This document shows, in pieces, positions 57,510 through 64,000 of a stretch of 64,000 nucleotides of DNA. The translations under genes and the position numbers were made by a program. The stretch's first letter is position 1. Every line of letters begins with the position of its first letter. Location: positions 32,001 through 96,000 of the IMG/VR virus record IMGVR_UViG_3300024999_000038; one strand, 5' to 3'. This stretch comes from a virus. The notes under the pieces were generated by a model that was given only the letters and a program-made list of their open reading frames with translations, made no database searches and was not told the origin of the DNA.

Positions 57510-58143
57510 ACCATATTTGAACTATTTTAAATATGTCCTAGAACACAAAAAGAATGTCTTTAAAACTTGTTGGAAAAGAAAGTTATATCTCCACGCCATT
57601 ACACATGATTTAAGTAAATTTAGTCCTAAAGAATTTATGCCTTATGCAGAATGGTTTTACGGATATCATGGTGTAAAACTAGAAAAGGAATATAATAAAG
57701 AACAACTTAATAATGGAATGTCATGTTTAAGTAGAAATTATTTAGAGTGTAAAAGCAATTTTGATAAAGCATGGGAGCATCATTACAATAATAATCCTCA
57801 TCATTGGGACTACTGGTTGGACGAGAAGGGGATTCCTAAACCAATCTCTTATGATTATCTGCAACAAATGTTAGCAGATTGGGAGGGGATGAGTTTAAAA
57901 TTTGGTGGAACTGCACAGGAGTATTATTTAAATAATTATCATAAAATTAAATTAGAAAGGGATACAAGAATAAATTTAGAAATGTTGTTAGGTTTAAATA
58001 ATAGTTTAGCACATAATTATGGTCATACATTAATAGAATTTGCAAATAAATACGATAAAAGTGATTATAATATGATTTTTAGGTTTATTAAAGATAGGTA
58101 TGAAATTGATACATATGAATTGTTAAGAAATAAAATCCAATAA
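57499..58143 (+). CDS. DUF5662 family (HD-like) protein
   Basis: HKKNV...HDLSKFSPKEF...AWEHHYNNNPHHWDYW...MLADW. Confidence 0.8.
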   Translation: MKTKPYLNYFKYVLEHKKNVFKTCWKRKLYLHAITHDLSKFSPKEFMPYAEWFYGYHGVKLEKEYNKEQLNNGMSCLSRNYLECKSNFDKAWEHHYNNNPHHWDYWLDEKGIPKPISYDYLQQMLADWEGMSLKFGGTAQEYYLNNYHKIKLERDTRINLEMLLGLNNSLAHNYGHTLIEFANKYDKSDYNMIFRFIKDRYEIDTYELLRNKIQ

Positions 58144-58180
58144 AACCCAGATTTTATCTTATGAAGAGAGGAAAATTTAA

Positions 58181-58378
58181 ATGAAAAAGGTTAAAAAGAA
58201 TTGGATATATGAATTAGAACGTGGTGATATGATTTCAAAAGGTGAATTGGGAGCGTCTTATGAATTTATGGGGATGAATGATGAAGGTTTATATATGTTA
58301 TGCGGTATGCCTTTTGGATACTATAGAGAAACTATGGAGACGTTTAAATTACTACGCAAGAAAAATGCGGTACAATGA
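58181..58378 (+). CDS. Hypothetical protein (paralog of 52715 N-terminus)
   Basis: Shared motif with 52715-53128. Confidence 0.8.
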   Translation: MKKVKKNWIYELERGDMISKGELGASYEFMGMNDEGLYMLCGMPFGYYRETMETFKLLRKKNAVQ

Positions 58379-58450
58379 AAACCTTATTTGATGTGCCCAT
58401 GGTATAAATATAAAAAGTAAATAAAAGAAAGAAAGAAAGAAGGAATAGTT

Positions 58451-59401
58451 ATATATACAGCAGTAGATTTTTTCTGTGGTATGGGTGGTGTTTCTAAAGG
58501 ATTAGAGGATGCAGGTTTTAAAGTTTTAAAAGGGTATGATATGTGGGAAAATGCACTTAAAACTCATAAACAAAATCTGCAAAATATTGATGTAGAAAAT
58601 ATTGATATTACAAAATTGGAAATCGAGGATATCCCAGATGCAGATTTATACCATTTTAGTCCACCATGTCAATCTTTTAGTACAAGTGGTAAAAAGGAAG
58701 GAGCTAAAAGTGATAAAGGTCAATTAATATATGAAACAGTTAGGATTTTAAAAGGCAAAAACCCAAAGGCATTCACATTTGAAAATGTAAAAGGATTAAC
58801 CTTAAAAAATAATAGGAGCGATTTCGATAAATTAATAAGTATATATGAAAATATTGGTTATGTATGTTCGTGGAAAGTAATTAATGCTTATGATTATGGA
58901 GTAGTTCAAAGCAGAGAAAGGTTAATTTTGGTTGGTATAAGAAAGGATTTAGATGTAGCTTATGAATTTCCAGATAAAATTCCTAATAATAAAACAATAA
59001 AAGATGTTATAAAAAATATAAAAAACAATAAAGGTGTATTAAAACACAAACCTGAAACAGTAGAAAAAATAAAACATGTTCCATATGGAGGTTCTATTTT
59101 AGATATTCCATCCGAAATAAGACCTAAAGCGTTTGGCAATGCTTATGTTAGATTAAAATGGAATGAAATACCTCCAACTATTACTAGAAATTATAATTGT
59201 CCATGTAGTGCAAATTGTATTCATCCAGAAGAACATAGGGCGTTAAGTGATACAGAAGCATTGCTTATACAAGGGTTTGATGAGGAGTGGGAGGTATTAG
59301 GAACAGGTAAGGATTTACAGATAGGCAACGCATTACCACCACAAATAATGAAGGTTATAGGGAAAAGTCTAATACATATTTTGGATATGAAAAATAAATA
59401 A
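58451..59401 (+). CDS. DNA (cytosine-5)-methyltransferase, orphan; probable ATA start
   Basis: Motif I DFFCGMGG begins upstream of ATG 58481; PPCQSFS, ENV, QSRER, QIGNA. Confidence 0.92.
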   Translation: MYTAVDFFCGMGGVSKGLEDAGFKVLKGYDMWENALKTHKQNLQNIDVENIDITKLEIEDIPDADLYHFSPPCQSFSTSGKKEGAKSDKGQLIYETVRILKGKNPKAFTFENVKGLTLKNNRSDFDKLISIYENIGYVCSWKVINAYDYGVVQSRERLILVGIRKDLDVAYEFPDKIPNNKTIKDVIKNIKNNKGVLKHKPETVEKIKHVPYGGSILDIPSEIRPKAFGNAYVRLKWNEIPPTITRNYNCPCSANCIHPEEHRALSDTEALLIQGFDEEWEVLGTGKDLQIGNALPPQIMKVIGKSLIHILDMKNK

Positions 59402-59769
59402 TTCTTGTACAATCAAATTAATAATCTATTTAGTACATAAGAAGTTAAAAATAATTAATCTTTAGGGTATTGCAATTAAGAGCGATACCCTATATAATTG
59501 ATATAGAAAGTAAATTAATGGTGGTGGTATATGTGAAAGGAATAGGATTTTATAAATACCGAAACGAATTAATATTACTTAATGAAAATGATAAGTGGTG
59601 GATAACAAATTATTTTGATATTGAATTTGATAGTATAGAAAAAGCCAAGAATCACATTGACAAACATTTAGGTGGTTGGTCTGGTAAATGTATGCCTCAA
59701 AGATGGTTGAAGGATGAAGCGTTAAAGGAATATTATGAGGGAAGAAAGTATTTTTGAGGAGGAATAAAA

Positions 59770-60369
59770 ATGCGGAAGAGAGTAATGAATAAACATATTT
59801 TAAAAGATAACTTAAAAATTAAAAAAGAATTTGTTAATTCACAAGAAGTGAAATTATTAAATATGTCTGATATCTTATTGGTTGAACCAATACATATTAA
59901 TGCAAATTGTGATATGTCTGAGTCAATTGAAAGATTTAAAAGTAAAAATTTAATACAATTAAACGTCCCTATTGTTGTTAAGGAAGAATTGGATGGCAAA
60001 TATTCATTAGTAATTGGGTATAGTGGTTACATGATAGCAAAATCATTAGGATTTACTGAAGTTCCATGTATTATAACCAGTGAAAAACGAACGGATTTGA
60101 ACTATAAATTAGGTTTTAAAAGTCAGATACCGATTAATGGATCTATAGCAGATAACTATTTATCAATTGATAAGATTACTATTCCCAAACGAATTGTAAA
60201 TGTAAACGAAGAAAAGATTAATAAGTGTATTGAATACTATAATAAGAATGGATATTTTAAGAAGCCTATACTTATTCGAAAAAATGGAGTATGTGTAGAT
60301 GGGTTTTCAATACTAATTGCTGCCCAGAGATTGAAATTGGATAAAGTTGAAGTTGAAATTAAGGTATAA
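59770..60369 (+). CDS. Protein with two degenerate ParB/Srx-like domains
   Basis: PIVV.....YSLVIGYSGYMIAK.LG..EVP and KPILI.....VDGFS...AAQRL....VEV. Confidence 0.6.
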   Translation: MRKRVMNKHILKDNLKIKKEFVNSQEVKLLNMSDILLVEPIHINANCDMSESIERFKSKNLIQLNVPIVVKEELDGKYSLVIGYSGYMIAKSLGFTEVPCIITSEKRTDLNYKLGFKSQIPINGSIADNYLSIDKITIPKRIVNVNEEKINKCIEYYNKNGYFKKPILIRKNGVCVDGFSILIAAQRLKLDKVEVEIKV

Positions 60370-62975
60370 AATGTTGCGTTTAAAGTAAGTTAAAAAGGAG
60401 ATATTATTATGAATTTACTCAAAGTTTCACTTTCTGAATCATTACAAGAAGAATTGAATAAGGAAATTATTTTCTCATTAAAGGATTTAGGTTTCAAAAT
60501 AGATAAAGAGATTAATTGGAAAGGTGCTATTTTGCTTTGTCACAAGACAAAACAGGGAATTATAAATATCAGGCAATGGGAAGAACAATTCCAAAAATAT
60601 GCCTGTTGGAGATTCACAAAAAAGAAAGAATTAAGTTTTGATAAGTATGAAGAAGGAGGAAAGTAAAAATGAACAGTGAAAATATGATAGTAAATCTTAA
60701 TAATGAGGATATAGTGGGATTATGTAATGATATTTACGATTGGGAGAAGGGCAATGGCGATCTGAATAATGATAGTAAATTAAGAAAGTTATTTTTAAAT
60801 CATCGAAACATTTTTCGTGATATTTACCATCTTAAAGATTTAATATTATTTGAGGCACATGAAAGGTTTCATAAAGTTGCTAGAATATTGATTATAAATA
60901 ATCCTAGAATGTTTATTAAGTAGATAGTGCCAAGAAATGATGTTTTTATCTTATTATGAAAGGAGTGAATAATATAAATGAAATATTCAAGAGCTAAAGT
61001 AGGAGACAAAGTAAGTTTTACTTTATGGGAACAGCGTTCAGGATGGATGGAAAATCCTAAAACCCCACCTTATTATGGTGTGATAATGCGTAAATACAAA
61101 AATTATTTAGGAACATTTTATGATGTGAAAAGAGATATAGATGGCAATGTTATAAAATTACTTGGTTGTGATTTTCAAAAGGTATAGAATCTTGCTTTTA
61201 AGTTATTTAAGGAGGAGAAAATTTAATGGATTGTATTTATAAGTTGGGGCTATCAGTAAATATGTTTGGAAAGAAAACACGTTATTCTTTTACCGTATTG
61301 AGATGTAATGTAAAAAGTCAAACAAAAGATAATGTTATTCTTCATGATAGCAGAAGAATTAAAAAAGAGAATCTAGATAAAATTATTGATGGATTTTTAA
61401 CTAATAGTTCAAGGAATATAAATTATGTAATTTGGACATTTGATTTATCTAAACAAGAACTTTATAAAAAGCAATTAGTAGGAAAAATAACTTTTCAAAT
61501 AGAGAAATATAAACAAGAATTAATAGATTTAGAACAAGCAATGTTGTCTGAGCCGCAATTTACAGAATTAGATAGAGAATAGTATCCTACGAAAGAAGGG
61601 TTTCTTAGGATTTAGATTGGAGGGGATTAAAAATGGAATATATTAATTGGGAATGTAAAGATTGTGGATGGCAATGGGTAGGAGATAGAACAGATGCATG
61701 GTGTCCTTGTTGTGATGAGAATAATATTTTCTCTCCTAGTCATATAATTGAAGAATGAAGGAGAAATTTAAAATGATAGAGAAACAAATTATGATTCCTA
61801 AAACAGTTTATGAAACAAGTGATGGGCAACAATTTGAAAAAGACTATGATGCAGAAAAGTGGGAGTGTAAACTATATTTTAAAAATAATATGGAAAATAG
61901 ATATCGGGATGTTATGGAAATCGGATACTGTGTGCTTAATTCCAAAGAAGAAACTGAAATTTTAGAAACATTATCTAGGAATGGTTATATTAAAAAGGGA
62001 TTTTATAGTCATTATTTAAATGATGAAATTAAATTTCCTATTATGGTTAAATTTAAAGAAGAATTTGGGCGGTCAGCCGTAATAGCAACGAAAAATGATT
62101 ATGATAGATTTAAAGATATGGCAGAAAGATTTCAAACGCTTTGCAAGATGTACGAGTCAGTAAATTAACTATAGGAGAAGGGTATGATGGCAAATTGATC
62201 ATAATTAACGATGGTTCATTATCGGAGATATATTTTGATTATGGTGAAATGATATATACTAAATTCCAAAAAGGGAGTTACATTGAATATATTCCTTTTG
62301 GAAAATTTATGTCGTTTAAATGCTCTAAATATTGTATTGATTTGGTTAACGAAAATGGAGAGGCGATGCCATTGGATTTATGTTATAGATTTGTCGAATA
62401 AAGAGAAAGGTTGTTGAAATTTATGACAAAAGATGATTCATTAAGAATTCTACATAAATGCATTAAAGAATTAAATAATATGAGTCAAAAAGAATTTGAT
62501 CAAAAAATGTTGCAACAAGGAGCGTTCTTTGATGAATACTCATATGAGGAAGATGGTTTTAGTTTAGTATTATCTCATGAACATATTCCTAATAAATAGC
62601 ATTGAAAGGAGTTTTGTGATAATATGGAAACGATTAAACTTTCACAGCTAAATACAGATACAACCATTGCGTATGGTAGTAAAAATATTTTAGCATGTGC
62701 GGAAAGATTGTTCTATGATATTTATGAAGGGAAAAGAAAAAGAAAAGCTATTGCAATTATTGGTGATAAAAACTATGAAGTAGAATATGATATAAATCTA
62801 GAACAGATTAAAAAGGTTATAATTTGTTGTAATCACAATAAAGAAGTTGATAAGGATGCCAGCAGATGCCAGTTCGGTTGTGATGATTATTTAGAGGATA
62901 AGGAATTTGAAGGTAGTTGTTTGGAAATAAGACATTTATTAATTTAAATACAGTGAAAGGCAGAGGTTATAAGTT

Positions 62976-63245
62976 ATGGCAATTTGCGGATATTGTAATA
63001 AAGATATGTCAAAAGTTAATTCGTGTGTTGAGGTTGCAATTACAATCAACAAAGAAGTGTATAAACCAATACCTTATGGTCAAGAAACAAGAATTAATTG
63101 GGAATCTGAAAGATGTCATGATTGTAATATTGAACAAGGTGGATTACATCATCCAGGTTGCGATGTAGAAGAATGTCCTGTATGTCATGGTCAATTAATT
63201 TCTTGTGGATGTATAGATGATGAGGAGAAAGAAGAAATTGACTAG
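62976..63245 (+). CDS. Cys/His-rich zinc-binding phage protein
   Basis: CGYC...RCHDC....G.HHPGCD.E.CP.C.GQLISCGC. Confidence 0.75.
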   Translation: MAICGYCNKDMSKVNSCVEVAITINKEVYKPIPYGQETRINWESERCHDCNIEQGGLHHPGCDVEECPVCHGQLISCGCIDDEEKEEID

Positions 63246-63601
63246 AAAAAGTGTAAAAGAAGCTGTTTAGGAAAGGAGGTATTAGGTATGGAAAGCTATC
63301 CTGAGAAATTAGTTCAAACTGTAATTGAATACTTAGAAGAAACCAAAGGAGCAAAGATATTTCATTATGACTCATACACTGGGACACCTTACAAAGACAA
63401 GTCTATTACAGATACTACTTATCGTATTTATGTTTTATATGGTAATTTATTTGAAGTTTTTAGTTATACTATAAATTCTAAACCAGAATGGAATTTTGAT
63501 GAAGTATCAGTTAGTTCTATGATTGCTTGGGAAATTAAAGAGTGTTATGAGAAGTCAGGTTGGCCTTGGAGTTAATTTGAGGGAATGGCAGGTGGTTTAA
63601 A

Positions 63602-63787
63602 TTGTTTGATGAAGATAATTATATGACGGTTACAGAAGCATCTAAAGCAATAGGTAAAACAAAACAAGAAACACTTGAACTTATTGAAAAGTATCAAATT
63701 AGGAAGTTTAAAGCGTTTCCTAATGATACTAGATTTTTGGTTTCAATGAAAGATGTTAATTTAATTTTAATGAGAAAAAGTCGTTAA
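63602..63787 (+). CDS. Small excisionase-like HTH protein
   Basis: YMTVTEASKAIGKTKQET..LI...I..F....RFLV...DV. Confidence 0.55.
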   Translation: MFDEDNYMTVTEASKAIGKTKQETLELIEKYQIRKFKAFPNDTRFLVSMKDVNLILMRKSR

Positions 63788-64000
63788 AACAAAAGTTTGA
63801 AAGGATTATGATATGGGTTGGGAAGAAAGAGAAAAGCAAGAAATTACTAATCTAATATTTGATATATCTATGATATTAATATTTTGTATATTATTTGTTT
63901 TTGTTGTTATAACCCTATGAATCGAGAGTTTTATGCTAGTTATGGTTATGAAAAACGTAGTAAATCGAAGAATTAGCGAGCATGAGAGAGGTGGATTTTT

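Larger units (their letters stand above)
24182..63575 (+). other. Dense array of >100 further small co-oriented hypothetical ORFs (not listed individually)
   Basis: ORF track; nearly all preceded by AGGAG/GGAGG-type RBS; many Cys-rich zinc ribbons. Confidence 0.8.
18872..63935. repeat. ~35 dispersed palindromic gene-boundary sites CC-n-(G/T/C)AAA-N6/7-TTT(C/A/T)-n-GG
   Basis: Left arms at e.g. 18877, 23021, 26320, 28630, 30103, 31525, 35040, 36639, 38346, 38708, 39572, 40822, 43649, 43929, 45163, 47973, 48367, 50303, 55500, 57039, 58141, 58377, 60367, 60934, 61187, 61591, 63919. Confidence 0.7.
1..64000 (+). mobile_element. Early/accessory gene region of a large Firmicutes (clostridial-type) phage or prophage
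   Basis: Uniform + strand coding, dense small hypothetical ORFs, phage-typical families (YopX, BRO-N, HNH, DarA-C, Lar-like, orphan MTase), AGGAGG/AAGGAG RBSs; no host housekeeping genes. Confidence 0.85.

Noticed and set aside
58426-58444. (GAAA)n microsatellite as a phase-variation switch for the MTase
   Set aside because: It lies upstream of the probable start and resembles purine-rich RBS leaders elsewhere (e.g. before 25201).
108-63387. All minus-strand ORFs in the track
   Set aside because: They are shadows of + strand genes, lack RBSs and have F/I/L/S-rich antisense composition.

Overview
A very AT-rich window in which essentially all real genes lie on the + strand. It has Firmicutes-type Shine-Dalgarno sites and sigmaA promoters and reads as the early/accessory arm of a large clostridial-type phage or prophage (SPbeta-like organisation is my inference). 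I saw no structural, lysis, tRNA, rRNA or CRISPR features. There are three zones. (1) 1-12.7 kb: about 14 short, mostly single-gene units, each with its own promoter and intrinsic terminator, separated by a degenerate ~60-bp conserved element. (2) 12.7-28.3 kb: one long transcript. It opens with a structured leader carrying an rrn-type boxA (GATCTTTGAAAACTGAA), continues into a stand-alone DUF262 (ParB/Srx-fold) gene, and has intergenic hairpins whose stems differ but whose loops repeatedly carry ATAACA(G/A). The same motif forms tandem arrays at 272-340 and 1109-1153. (3) ~18.9-64 kb, overlapping zone 2: more than 100 small ORFs. About 35 of their gene boundaries carry a palindromic CC-n-(G/T)AAA-N6/7-TTT(C/A)-n-GG site, and a small tyrosine recombinase lies mid-array, making this a candidate integron-like cassette system. 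Recognisable cargo: DarA-C, ArdC-like, Lar-like, Apyc1-like MBL hydrolase, C5 DNA methyltransferase (apparent ATA start), three HNH-type endonucleases, BRO-N, XRE HTH, YopX, DUF5662, a ParB-like protein, and a DUF5659/iteron/Rep-like module. All domain calls come from motif recognition by eye, not database searches.
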